In this document: one piece after another, positions 48,763 through 58,030 of the stretch
Position numbering within the stretch: position 1 is the stretch's first letter
Layout: each line of letters starts with the position of its first letter
Source: a bacterium
Lineage (GTDB): Bacteria > Bacillota_I > Bacilli_A > RFN20 > CAG-288
NCBI GenBank assembly: GCA_963612025.1
Contig: CAVDUB010000001.1
Span: forward strand, 7,323 to 71,322
Direction: 5' to 3'
DNA: 64,000 nt
Notes under the pieces: model-generated
Database searches by the model: none
Seen by the model: only the letters and a program-made list of their open reading frames with translations
Told to the model about the DNA's origin: nothing
Program-made: the position numbers and the translations under genes

Positions 48763-49128
48763 ATGAACATGAAGAAAAATTTTCTTTTTGCCGCATTGTC
48801 TTTAGTGTCCAACTTCTCCAAATACCATGAAGACAATCAGGGTATCACGGGAATGGAAATCGAAAAAAACAATGAGTTCATCATTTCCGGAACCTATAAG
48901 AATGTCAATAACTTCTGGGGACTGAATGTCACGGATACCGGGACGGAAGATTATTTCTATACCTTTGAACAGAATGATTTTTCCAAGGTAATCAAGAACG
49001 GAGAGGAAGCGAAATTCGAAGACATCAAGGAAGGGGATAAACTCAAGATTACCTATGATGGAACTGTCTCTTTGGTCTATCCTCCGAAACTCAACAACGT
49101 CTCCAAAATCGAAATCGTCGATAAATGA
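48763..49128 (+). CDS. Small exported protein (possibly DUF3221-like)
   Basis: GGAGAGG SD. The second ATG at 48769 has better spacing from it. The N-terminus is hydrophobic. The C-terminal ITYDGTVSLVYPPKL..KIEIV resembles DUF3221. Confidence 0.5.
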   Translation: MNMKKNFLFAALSLVSNFSKYHEDNQGITGMEIEKNNEFIISGTYKNVNNFWGLNVTDTGTEDYFYTFEQNDFSKVIKNGEEAKFEDIKEGDKLKITYDGTVSLVYPPKLNNVSKIEIVDK

Positions 49129-49151
49129 TGGCACTCATGCCATCTTTTTTT
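49127..49151 (+). terminator. Rho-independent terminator
   Basis: A GATGGCA-ctca-TGCCATC hairpin is followed by T7. Confidence 0.75.
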
Positions 49152-49506
49152 CATAATCCTTCTTTACCTATCAAAAAAATGTTTTCCGTTTTTGATGGCA
49201 ATCGCTGCATTCGTAAACTGCAAATAATAGGGAAACCGGCACATTTTTGTTTAAAAATATTTTTCCGTGTGGTGAAAGCAAAAGAAAAATGTAATTTGAA
49301 TGGAGAACTCAAACATGATTTTCAAAAGAAATATCGATCAGACATGGCGGTCGGAGAAATGTCTTCGGCAATCAACATCTCATAATGAAATCGTGCTTTT
49401 CATATCAACGAAGGAAAAAATATACTCTCCAATTATAAGATTTTTCCATTGAAGTAATCTTTCATCATCGAAAGAAATCGATTCTAAAAAAATGACTTTC
49501 TGCAAA

Positions 49507-49544
49507 GAAAAAAACGACCAATCACCTATAGAGCGATTGATCGT
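49507..49544 (-). terminator. Rho-independent terminator of the aminotransferase gene
   Basis: The minus-strand hairpin ACGATCAATC...GATTGGTCGT has one mismatch and is followed by T7-8. Confidence 0.65.
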
Positions 49545-49551
49545 TTCTTTT

Positions 49552-50784
49552 TTATTCTTGGACTTTCTTGATTTCCTGGATGAGAAGAGCGACTTCTTCT
49601 TTCGTCATGCCGGATATGGCAAGACGGATGGAGTCCTCATTCATCGGAACGACATACATATGAGAAGAGACAAGTTTCTTGGAAACTTCGAATGCATCCT
49701 TGATCTTCAAAGTGATGAAGAAACCACTCTTGTAGGGATAATATTCGATTCCGGCTTTTTCGAGTTCTTCCATCAGAATCTTGCTTCTTTCGGCAAGAAT
49801 ATCGGAATTTTTCTTGACCTCTGCATTCAGTTCATCGATTTTTGCAGGATTATTGAGCACCTGACTGACAGCAATCTGAGCTGGACCATTTGGAACAGAA
49901 TAGGTTCCTCTCGCCATGGCTCCGAACGCTCTCTTGACTTCAACCTGATTTTCTTCATTCGGGCAAAGCACAATCAAGGCACCGACGCGAAGGCCATAAA
50001 GGCCAAAAAGTTTCGAGCAGGAGAAGCAGACAAGCGGAAGGAAATCACATTTTCCCTCAGCGAGTTTCCCAATCAAACCACATTCCTGTCCATCGATATG
50101 GAAGAAAGAGATATAAGCGATATCAAACAAGACAGTCAGATATCCTTTTCTTCCTTCCTCATTGAGGATAATGAACAATTCATCATATTCTTCCTTCGTC
50201 ATGCAATAGCCTGTCGGATTTTGGCAGGGATCATTGATGACCAAGAGGACATGGTGATATTTTTCTCTTGCTTCCTGAATCGTCTTTCGAATGGAAGGAA
50301 GATTCAATCCACCTTTTTCATCAAACATCGAATACGTCATATAGGTCGCATGGGCCTTCTTGGCAATCAGCTTATAGTTGGTCCACATGACATCTGGGAG
50401 CAAAACAGCCTCACCTTCTTCCAAAAAAAGGTTGAAGGCAATGGAAATCGCACCCGTACCACCTAAAGTCCCCCCGACAAAAGGCTTATAGAGAGAATTG
50501 ATGGCATCTAATTTATCAGCGAAAACATACTTCATAACGCCATCCAGATAGGAGGCGACACCGGAAGTTCCAGGATAACCCAAATTATCCGTGATGTGAT
50601 TCTCGATAGCTTCCTTAATCAATGGAACAGATCCGACTTTCTTATCATCGTCTAGGAAAGTGCCGATGGATGCGTTGATGACCTTATTGCCTTCTTTAGC
50701 ATCCTTCAAAGCCTGAGAGTTGATTGCAATGATGTCCGTCTTGGAAACGCCCTGTCTACTTCTTTTTGCAACGAATTCTTTCAT
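49552..50784 (-). CDS. Aspartate/aromatic amino-acid aminotransferase (class I, AspC/TyrB type)
   Basis: AAGGAG SD before ATG 50784. The PLP-lysine motif SCSKLFGLYGLRVG is present, along with the GT motifs of subfamily I-alpha. Confidence 0.8.
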   Translation of the reverse strand: MKEFVAKRSRQGVSKTDIIAINSQALKDAKEGNKVINASIGTFLDDDKKVGSVPLIKEAIENHITDNLGYPGTSGVASYLDGVMKYVFADKLDAINSLYKPFVGGTLGGTGAISIAFNLFLEEGEAVLLPDVMWTNYKLIAKKAHATYMTYSMFDEKGGLNLPSIRKTIQEAREKYHHVLLVINDPCQNPTGYCMTKEEYDELFIILNEEGRKGYLTVLFDIAYISFFHIDGQECGLIGKLAEGKCDFLPLVCFSCSKLFGLYGLRVGALIVLCPNEENQVEVKRAFGAMARGTYSVPNGPAQIAVSQVLNNPAKIDELNAEVKKNSDILAERSKILMEELEKAGIEYYPYKSGFFITLKIKDAFEVSKKLVSSHMYVVPMNEDSIRLAISGMTKEEVALLIQEIKKVQE

Positions 50785-50948
50785 TTGAAGAGCTCCTTGG
50801 ATTCTGAACACGAAGAAATTATATCACGTATGAAAATGTTTCAAAGAAGCTTTTCGTCTTAGGAAGGGGTTTCAAGAATTCAGTAATAAGAATGAATGGA
50901 AAAACACCTGTTTTTTGAAAATATTTTCATAACATTGTGAAAACATTT

Positions 50949-52631
50949 TCATTCGTTCTCCTTGCTCAGTTCGTCCTTAAGGAAGGAGTAGACGATGCTT
51001 TCATAGGTTTCCTTGTTCATGTCGATGCCCAAAAGATAGATTTTATGGAATGAGAGATAGTCATCGATTTTTTCTTCCAAGGAAGGGAAAAGAACCATGA
51101 CTTTCCGAACGGCACCGACTCTTAAGCCTTCATCAGAAACAAAGCCGAATTGGAGATAGTCGCTTGCTGTCAGAAGAATATCCTTTTTCAAGTCCTGTTT
51201 TTCATCGAACTTGAAAATTGGAATATATTTGATTTCCAAGACTAAATCGAAGAGGAATGTCTTCTTTTCCATGTCATAGACTTCCATGATGAAATCAGGC
51301 GATCGATGATGAGAATTGATACTGACAGTGCAATCCTTTTCCTTATTCGAAAGAAAATCCTTGCAGAAAGGCCCATAGAGTACCTTGACCATTCTCTGCT
51401 CACTCTCGTAGACAAAAAAGGATTCATTTTCCTTTAGAGCAGAAGCCGAAAGAGATTGGCTCACTTTTTGATAGCCAAGTTCCATCAGAGCTGTATGGAT
51501 CAGATAATAGCCATAGAGTTCAAACAGTTCGCGTGCCGGCTTATAGGAAACTTTATCCTTGTCAGGAAAAATCTTCTTTTGCATATCACGGATTTCTTTT
51601 GCTGCCGGCGTATAAGACAAAAAGGATGGTGTCGAAATGAGAGTCACTTTTTTGATTCTTTCATCCTGTAAAAAAGAATCGCAGATGCGATGATATTTCA
51701 TCAGAATATCAGCCAAATCGGATAAAACTTTTCCCTCGCCTTGAAGTTCATTTCGCTTCTTTTGAAGAACAAGACTCTCCTCTGTAAGCCGAATATCCAT
51801 ATAAAGATGTTCTTCTCTTTGTTTCGACAAACGAGCATGTTCCACGTCACCATCTCTTTGCAAAAGCGAATTTTGCGTCTTTTTTTCCTTTAAGGAATTC
51901 AAGAGAAAAGAGACCCTTCTCTTAAAGGAATTCATCTGATACTTCAGAATACGATTTTCTTTCGAATCAAAAGAGAGACCTTTCTTCTTCGTCATCTTTT
52001 CTGAAAAAGGATGTGTGATATTTCTTCTGAAGGTCTTCAAGTCTTCTCTCCCAGCTGGGAAATAGCCATAAACCGTCACCACATCCTCTTTGAGACAGGA
52101 AATCATTCTTCTTTCCAGTTCCCTGAAGGAAGGGAGATTTTCTTCCAATCGATTGACTAAGAGAGGATAGGAATGCTCAAGGGAATCCACATCGCCTTCC
52201 CTTGAGAGTTCACGGGTGATATTCTGCAAAATCGATTCGAGTCTTGCAACGATGTTTCCAAATCCATCCTTACCCAAGACCGAATTATTCTTCACCTCAA
52301 AATAGAATGTCTTTTTGCACATGCTATTTTCATAGCAGAGACAATAGATTCCTGGAAGGTAATAATATTCACTTCCACCGGAAACAAGGTAAACGACATC
52401 ATTTGCCAGAGAGAAGATATCTTTTTCGATTGTGACTTTTTTGTTTTTCTTTTCATTTAACGCTTGATAGCATTGCATAGAAAAGCGACTGTTCCCATCC
52501 GTATGAAAAGAAACACGGAGATGGCAGGTATCAGTCATCGAAAAGAGGATTCTTTCTTTTTCCTTGCCAAGGTCAAAGCTTTTCGGTTCCTCTTTGTTGA
52601 TTATGACGAATAATTTATCGGACATAGCCAT
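50949..52631 (-). CDS. DUF2357/McrC-like PD-(D/E)XK nuclease (560 aa)
   Basis: ELFELYGYYLIH is followed by PD(446)...D(462)LVLE(466)IK(468), encoded at 51228..51296. It overlaps the upstream McrB-like gene by 17 nt. Confidence 0.75.
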   Translation of the reverse strand: MAMSDKLFVIINKEEPKSFDLGKEKERILFSMTDTCHLRVSFHTDGNSRFSMQCYQALNEKKNKKVTIEKDIFSLANDVVYLVSGGSEYYYLPGIYCLCYENSMCKKTFYFEVKNNSVLGKDGFGNIVARLESILQNITRELSREGDVDSLEHSYPLLVNRLEENLPSFRELERRMISCLKEDVVTVYGYFPAGREDLKTFRRNITHPFSEKMTKKKGLSFDSKENRILKYQMNSFKRRVSFLLNSLKEKKTQNSLLQRDGDVEHARLSKQREEHLYMDIRLTEESLVLQKKRNELQGEGKVLSDLADILMKYHRICDSFLQDERIKKVTLISTPSFLSYTPAAKEIRDMQKKIFPDKDKVSYKPARELFELYGYYLIHTALMELGYQKVSQSLSASALKENESFFVYESEQRMVKVLYGPFCKDFLSNKEKDCTVSINSHHRSPDFIMEVYDMEKKTFLFDLVLEIKYIPIFKFDEKQDLKKDILLTASDYLQFGFVSDEGLRVGAVRKVMVLFPSLEEKIDDYLSFHKIYLLGIDMNKETYESIVYSFLKDELSKENE

Positions 52632-54567
52632 ACCGCTTCAGTTCAAGTATTTTATTGGCAATTTCCTGCTTGGAAAGTTCAAACGAAGATATCTCGCTAT
52701 ATTTTTCAAGAAGATCATAGATTGGAGAGTGGATACTTCCATCTTCCATCCGACAGCCTAATACTTCGCCTAGAATCTCCTCGCTTCCGCGGATTCTTCT
52801 CAAAACCGTCTGACGGAAAACATAGTCAAAGGACTGTTTTGCGCTGATATCATCTATCGGACCATCCTCTTCCATTCTCGAATTGGCAAGATAGAGAGAG
52901 ATGTTGCGCACGGTTCTGAAAGAGATGCCTTTCTGCGGATCTTTTTCCGATAGAATCTTATTGAATTCATCGAAAAATTCTCGCATCGTTGGAGTCAAGA
53001 AGGAATTGAAGTTGAATGTCTTTGCCATCTTCGGCATCAAGGACATCAATTCCCCCTCATAAGTTTTTCCGGTTTCTTCCGCCTTATCGAGCATGACGCC
53101 ATTGTATTTGTCAAACGAAGCACGGCGAAGCGAAATCACAAACGAGCGGTCAAGCAGCCTTTCGGAAAGTTCTTTTGTCGTATCGTCAAGATTGATGGTG
53201 CCGACAAAAAGGACATTGTCTCCAATCGAGATGGAATCCGGATAGAGATTCTTATTTTTGCATTCCAGATTCTGATCATAGAGACGAAGAATACGACGAT
53301 CTTTTTCTCTTTCCAATATGGATAGGAAGGGAGCGAAATAATATTCTATCTGAGCAAGATTCATCTCATCGAAAATAACCATATGCATCTTCTCAGGATT
53401 TTCCGATGCATGCTTGAGAAAACTGACCAATCCGGTCTCGCTCGACATATAGTTTTCATTGGCCGGATTATAGAATCCGAGCATATCACTCGGCTCAGTG
53501 TAGCTCGGCGAAATCGGCACAAAGAGAAGCGTTCCATTTTCTTCGGTCATATTGAAATAGTTGGCATATTCCAAAGGAAGACGCGTCTTTCCCGTTCCAG
53601 ACATGCCAGCCAAAATCGTCAAAAGTCGGCATTTCAGACAGGCATGGAAATTCTTGACATCATCATCGAAATAGTAGAGATTCTTGCTTTTCAGATAGGA
53701 CTCAAATCCCAGCAGTGCTTTTCTTGTGTCAAATTCCTGCTCAGACGGATAGACTGTTTCCTCCATCTCATCCTGTTCATCATCTTGCCAAGGAAGAGAC
53801 TGCATTTTCCTCATGAGAGGAAGGCTTCCCTTTTCCAGGAAACAATATCCATTTTCATAGCGAAGAAATCCGCTATCGACAAAATCATCGATGTCGAATT
53901 CAAGGTCAAGATAATCGGTATCCTTCTTTTCCCATTGACAGTTGTAATCGGAATTCACGCTTGTCGTTAAAGGAGCAAGAATGAGATGATTTCCATAAAG
54001 AATATATTTTGGTTTTCCAAATAGACTCAAATTCCAGTTGGAAAGGGAAAAAGTCTTATGAGTCAAAAACAGTTTGAAATTTTGTTCATTGAGGGTCGGG
54101 ATGACAAAGAAGCATTCATTGGGGTATTGAAGCGGAAGCGTCAAGATATCCTTTGTGGAGTCGACGTTCTTATAGAAAAGATTCTTTCTCTCATCATATT
54201 TATAGTAAGGAGTGAAAAGGAGCATTTTTCCCTTCATTGCTTCGATGACGATATCCTCTTGCCTCTTCACATCCTCTTCGGATTCAGAACTATATCCATC
54301 CCATAAGCCAAGATAAGCCAAGAGGTTATCTCCGGTGACAGTGTAGCAGGATTTTCCATCGATCATCGCCCTTCCCCAGAAGAGTGATTCGTTTTCGAGA
54401 AGAATATCCGGTTCATCCGAAATCGGGAGAAGGGCGCATTGAAGATAGAAATGATTTTGGCTTTGCATCATGAAGGTTTTATAAAGAACAGCCAAAACGA
54501 CATGATCGGAAACTTCGCTGAATTTTTCGCTCAATCCACTATAATCTTTTTCCTGTTCCATCCTCAT
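52615..54567 (-). CDS. McrB-like AAA+ (AAA_5) GTPase with an unassigned ~320-aa N-terminal domain
   Basis: Walker A GMSGTGKT (53584..53607), Walker B MVIFDEMN, and a McrB-type GTINLDDTT..LLDR segment. Its ATGA overlaps the upstream gene. Confidence 0.8.
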   Translation of the reverse strand: MRMEQEKDYSGLSEKFSEVSDHVVLAVLYKTFMMQSQNHFYLQCALLPISDEPDILLENESLFWGRAMIDGKSCYTVTGDNLLAYLGLWDGYSSESEEDVKRQEDIVIEAMKGKMLLFTPYYKYDERKNLFYKNVDSTKDILTLPLQYPNECFFVIPTLNEQNFKLFLTHKTFSLSNWNLSLFGKPKYILYGNHLILAPLTTSVNSDYNCQWEKKDTDYLDLEFDIDDFVDSGFLRYENGYCFLEKGSLPLMRKMQSLPWQDDEQDEMEETVYPSEQEFDTRKALLGFESYLKSKNLYYFDDDVKNFHACLKCRLLTILAGMSGTGKTRLPLEYANYFNMTEENGTLLFVPISPSYTEPSDMLGFYNPANENYMSSETGLVSFLKHASENPEKMHMVIFDEMNLAQIEYYFAPFLSILEREKDRRILRLYDQNLECKNKNLYPDSISIGDNVLFVGTINLDDTTKELSERLLDRSFVISLRRASFDKYNGVMLDKAEETGKTYEGELMSLMPKMAKTFNFNSFLTPTMREFFDEFNKILSEKDPQKGISFRTVRNISLYLANSRMEEDGPIDDISAKQSFDYVFRQTVLRRIRGSEEILGEVLGCRMEDGSIHSPIYDLLEKYSEISSFELSKQEIANKILELKRYGYVR

Positions 54568-55487
54568 TCTCCCTTCTCAAGAAGGCCTAAAATCACATAA
54601 GCCTTCACAAGCAGATCCATTGAAAGGTCATAATGAGATTTTTTCAATTCATCAATCGCCAGTTGAAGAATTTCCAAAGCATTGCTTTGCTCAACCAAAA
54701 GCGTATTTTTATCAATATCAGCCACCTTTCTTTTCGAAAGGGTATTCAGTTTTTTCAGAATCGAAGATAACTTTTCCTCATTCTCTATGTTCTTCTTTTC
54801 AAATCCGTCACGTTCTTTTTTTAACTGCGAACAGGATTCCTTCAGAATAGAAAGATCTTCCTGGGATTTTTTGAGTTTGTTTTCCGATGTGTCATATTTT
54901 TTCTTCAGGTCATCGTAGTTCTTCTTATCTTCCTTGGCCTGCTTGCTGACAGCCTGATTGATTCTCGTCTCCACATCATCTTTCTTGGATATTTTCGGTA
55001 AAACAAATTTTGGCTTTTCCTCCTCCTTTGCTTCACCCTCAGCAGCATCCTCGTCAGGAAGCGGTTCTTCTTTTTCCAATTCAAAGCCAAAGGCTTTATA
55101 AAGAATCGCCTTATTTTCTCTCCGGCTATATTTCGTATCTTCATCGATAGCAGAATGAATCATCTCTATAGATGGATTCTGATAATTTTCTTTTCCGACA
55201 ATCGTCTTCAAAAGTTTCTCTTCGAATTGCTGATAATATCTCTCTGGGACATTCTCTTCCTTGGTAAAGAGATATACAAAGAAACTCTTTACAAAAGAGG
55301 AAGGCGGATTCTTTCTGTCTTTGTTATTCCACTCCTTCGATCCTTTTCCATAATGCTTTTTCCTTGTAGATTCATCTCCATAATAATCAATCAGAATGTT
55401 TTTTACTCTCTCAATGCTTGCAATCGTACATAATCTCTCAATTTCTTCTTCACTTAATGATGCTAAATTCTGTTTATTCAAGTACAT
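54564..55487 (-). CDS. Coiled-coil protein (about 307 aa), unknown function
   Basis: The C-terminal half is Lys/Glu-rich and heptad-like (KKNYDDLKKKYDTSENKLKKSQEDLSILKESCSQLKKERDGFEKKNIENEEKL). ATG 55487 is preferred over TTG 55496. It overlaps the upstream gene. Confidence 0.65.
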   Translation of the reverse strand: MYLNKQNLASLSEEEIERLCTIASIERVKNILIDYYGDESTRKKHYGKGSKEWNNKDRKNPPSSFVKSFFVYLFTKEENVPERYYQQFEEKLLKTIVGKENYQNPSIEMIHSAIDEDTKYSRRENKAILYKAFGFELEKEEPLPDEDAAEGEAKEEEKPKFVLPKISKKDDVETRINQAVSKQAKEDKKNYDDLKKKYDTSENKLKKSQEDLSILKESCSQLKKERDGFEKKNIENEEKLSSILKKLNTLSKRKVADIDKNTLLVEQSNALEILQLAIDELKKSHYDLSMDLLVKAYVILGLLEKGE

Positions 55488-55878
55488 TTTCCACAATCTC
55501 CTTTACCTTTTTCTGGAATTCATTCTTCAAGGATTCCACTTTTGTTTTCGTCGTTTTAATCTTTACTTCTTTTTTTCTTTCTACAAACTGTCTTTTTATC
55601 TGTAAGGAAAGTTCTTCCTTTGTCTTATCCAGCTTTTCCATATTGAAGTACACCCGATCAATCGGAACATATGTTTCGAAAAGATAGACTCGCAGTTCAT
55701 AAAGCCCGGATTTCGCTTCCGGCTGATAGACAACATCATTGATTTTATTTGGAAAAGATCTTGTCTCTTTTGTGTTTTTTCCTAAATTGACAATCTCAAA
55801 TCGATCGGTCGAGAAAAGAAACTGAATCTCTTTTGAGACGACAAGATTCTGCCCACTCTGCTGAAGATAATAGGCCAT
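55474..55878 (-). CDS. Small protein (134 aa), first gene of the McrBC-like operon, unknown function
   Basis: AGGAGG SD lies 7 nt before ATG 55878 (MAYYLQQSG...). The Lys-rich C-terminal helix has no recognised motif. Confidence 0.6.
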   Translation of the reverse strand: MAYYLQQSGQNLVVSKEIQFLFSTDRFEIVNLGKNTKETRSFPNKINDVVYQPEAKSGLYELRVYLFETYVPIDRVYFNMEKLDKTKEELSLQIKRQFVERKKEVKIKTTKTKVESLKNEFQKKVKEIVENVLE

Positions 55879-55905
55879 TTGTATACCTCCTTTTGATTTC
55901 TTTTT

Positions 55906-55911
55906 ATTATA
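55906..55911 (-). promoter_or_regulatory. Candidate -10 box (TATAAT) of the four-gene operon
   Basis: A minus-strand TATAAT lies 28 nt upstream of ATG 55878. No good -35 was seen. Confidence 0.35.
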
Positions 55912-55946
55912 CGTTTTTAAGCAAAATGCGAAAAGCCTTTTCAAAG

Positions 55947-55983
55947 AAAAAAAACCTAGGCCCTCCAAAAGGAAAGTCTAGGC
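55947..55983 (-). terminator. Terminator of the uxuB-like gene
   Basis: A minus-strand CCTAG...CTAGG hairpin is followed by T8. Confidence 0.55.
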
Positions 55984-56007
55984 AACGCAAATCAAAATCG
56001 AATCAGA

Positions 56008-56862
56008 TTAGACGCCAGAGTAGGCAGAGAATCCGCCATCAATTGGGAGAACGACACCAGTGACAAAGCTGGCAGCCTTGCTATCGGTAAGGAACAAGAC
56101 GGCACCGAGAAGTTCCTCGGGCGTACCGAATCTTCCCATTGGAGTATTGTTGAGAATCTTTCCAGTTCTTGCCGTTGGTGTGCCATCAGGATTGAAGAGA
56201 AGAGCTTGATTCTGCTTCGTAGCGAAGAAGCCAGGGGCGATGGCATTGACACGGATGCCTTCTTTGGCAAAATAGGTAGCCAGCCACTTTGTGAAATTGG
56301 AGACACCGGCCTTGGCAGAGGAGTAGGCTGGAATCTTGGTCAAGGGAGTGAAGGCATTCATCGATGAGATGTTGAGAATTGAGCATCCTTCACGGCCGAT
56401 CATATCGGCAGCGAAGATCTGGGTTGTGACCAAGGTCGCCATGATGTTAAGGTTGAAAACGAATTCGAATCCTTCTTCCTTCAAGTCGAAGAAGGTAATG
56501 GTGTCTTCGTCAACCTTCGGAGCATAGAATTCCTGGGTTGTGGAAGCCTTCGGGGAATTTCCTCCGGCACCATTGATGAGGATATCGCACTTTCCGAAAT
56601 CTTTGAGGATGGCTGCATGGGCAGCAAGAAGTGAATTCTTGTCTAAGCAGTTTGCCTCATAGGCCTTGGCGATATAGCCTTCGGCAGTAATTTCATCGAC
56701 AACCTTCTGCGCGGAGGTGAGGTGAAGATCCATGATGGCGACTTTGGCACCACAGCAGGCAAGAGCCTTTCCCATCAAAGAGCAGAGAACACCACCGGCA
56801 CCGGTGATGACAGCCACCTTATCTTTCAGATTGGTGGCAAACGGCAATTCATTGACTTTCAT
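56008..56862 (-). CDS. SDR-family oxidoreductase, probably D-mannonate oxidoreductase (UxuB/YjmF-like)
   Basis: TGAGGVLC cofactor motif and the catalytic YSSAK motif. It lies immediately downstream of uxuA. Confidence 0.65.
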   Translation of the reverse strand: MKVNELPFATNLKDKVAVITGAGGVLCSLMGKALACCGAKVAIMDLHLTSAQKVVDEITAEGYIAKAYEANCLDKNSLLAAHAAILKDFGKCDILINGAGGNSPKASTTQEFYAPKVDEDTITFFDLKEEGFEFVFNLNIMATLVTTQIFAADMIGREGCSILNISSMNAFTPLTKIPAYSSAKAGVSNFTKWLATYFAKEGIRVNAIAPGFFATKQNQALLFNPDGTPTARTGKILNNTPMGRFGTPEELLGAVLFLTDSKAASFVTGVVLPIDGGFSAYSGV

Positions 56863-56877
56863 TTTTGATTCCTCTTT

Positions 56878-57921
56878 TTATTTCTTCATTTTTTCAGCAG
56901 CTTCGAATAAGCCATTGATATAGGCACAGCCAAGGGCACGGTCGAAAAGTCCATATCCCGGTTTTTCTTCTTCTCCGAAGATGTTTCTTCCATGATCCGG
57001 TCTCACATAGCCGTCAAAGCCATTATCGACGAGATTCTTGACAATCTTGAACATATCTAAGGATCCAGCATTGGAATAATGTCCGACTTCGACGAAGGAA
57101 TCCTTGTCATCCGTGTACAAGACATTGCGGAGATGGGCAAAATAGATTCTTCCTTCCTTGGCATATTTTTCAGCCATGTGCGGAACATCGTTCTTTCTTC
57201 CGGCACCAAAGGATCCTGTGCAGAGGGTCAAGCCATTATGCTTATTCGGAACAGCAGCAAACATATTATCGAGATTCTTTTCATTGGAGACGATTCTCGG
57301 AAGAGAGAAGATATCCCACGGCGGATCATCCGGATGGATTGCCATGTTGATATCATACTGATCGCAGACATCCATGATGGAATTGAGGAAATAAACCAAA
57401 TTCTTGAAATATTCCTCATGGCTGATTCCCTGATAGATATGAAGCAGGTTCTGCAGTTCATCCGGAGAATAGGATTCATCCCATCCAGGAAGATGAAGAT
57501 GATTCGGATCGACCTTGGCAAAATCATCAGCAGAATAGCTCAGCGAATTCGAATAATCCGGATTCTGGTGATGCATATTGGTTCTCAACCAATCGAAGAC
57601 CGGCATGAAATTGTAGCAGACGCATTTGACACCGACCTCACCACAGAGTGCCAGATTCTTGCGGAAGGCAGCGATGTGCTCGTCTCTTTTCGCAGAGCCC
57701 ATCTTAATATCTTCGCTAACCGGAATGGACTCGATGACTTCCATGGCAAGACCATGCTTTGCACTGTGTTCCTTCAAGGCAAGAAGGCTTTCCTTATCCC
57801 AGACTTCTCCAGGCTTCTTATCATAGACAGACGTAACGACAGAATACATATTCGGTATCTGCTTGATATAGGTAAGCGGGATGGAATCGTTTAAGCCATA
57901 CCATCGAAAAGATAGTTTCAT
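56878..57921 (-). CDS. uxuA: Mannonate dehydratase
   Basis: MKLSFRWYG... is the family-typical N-terminus. It is a xylose-isomerase-like TIM-barrel protein of 347 aa. Confidence 0.85.
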   Translation of the reverse strand: MKLSFRWYGLNDSIPLTYIKQIPNMYSVVTSVYDKKPGEVWDKESLLALKEHSAKHGLAMEVIESIPVSEDIKMGSAKRDEHIAAFRKNLALCGEVGVKCVCYNFMPVFDWLRTNMHHQNPDYSNSLSYSADDFAKVDPNHLHLPGWDESYSPDELQNLLHIYQGISHEEYFKNLVYFLNSIMDVCDQYDINMAIHPDDPPWDIFSLPRIVSNEKNLDNMFAAVPNKHNGLTLCTGSFGAGRKNDVPHMAEKYAKEGRIYFAHLRNVLYTDDKDSFVEVGHYSNAGSLDMFKIVKNLVDNGFDGYVRPDHGRNIFGEEEKPGYGLFDRALGCAYINGLFEAAEKMKK

Positions 57922-57993
57922 ATGTTTTTCTCCTTTGTACCTATTTTAGTAAAGCGCTGCCATTCTTACCATTGCAATTTTATGCTTGATAGT

Positions 57994-58022
57994 TTGCAAA
58001 AAATGAAATAATACTCTATAAT
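57994..58022 (+). promoter_or_regulatory. Sigma-70-type promoter TTGCAA-17-TATAAT ending 8 nt before the AraC-family ATG (leaderless candidate)
   Basis: -35 at 57994..57999, -10 at 58017..58022, ATG at 58031. No SD lies between them. Confidence 0.55.
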
Positions 58023-58030
58023 AATCGCAT

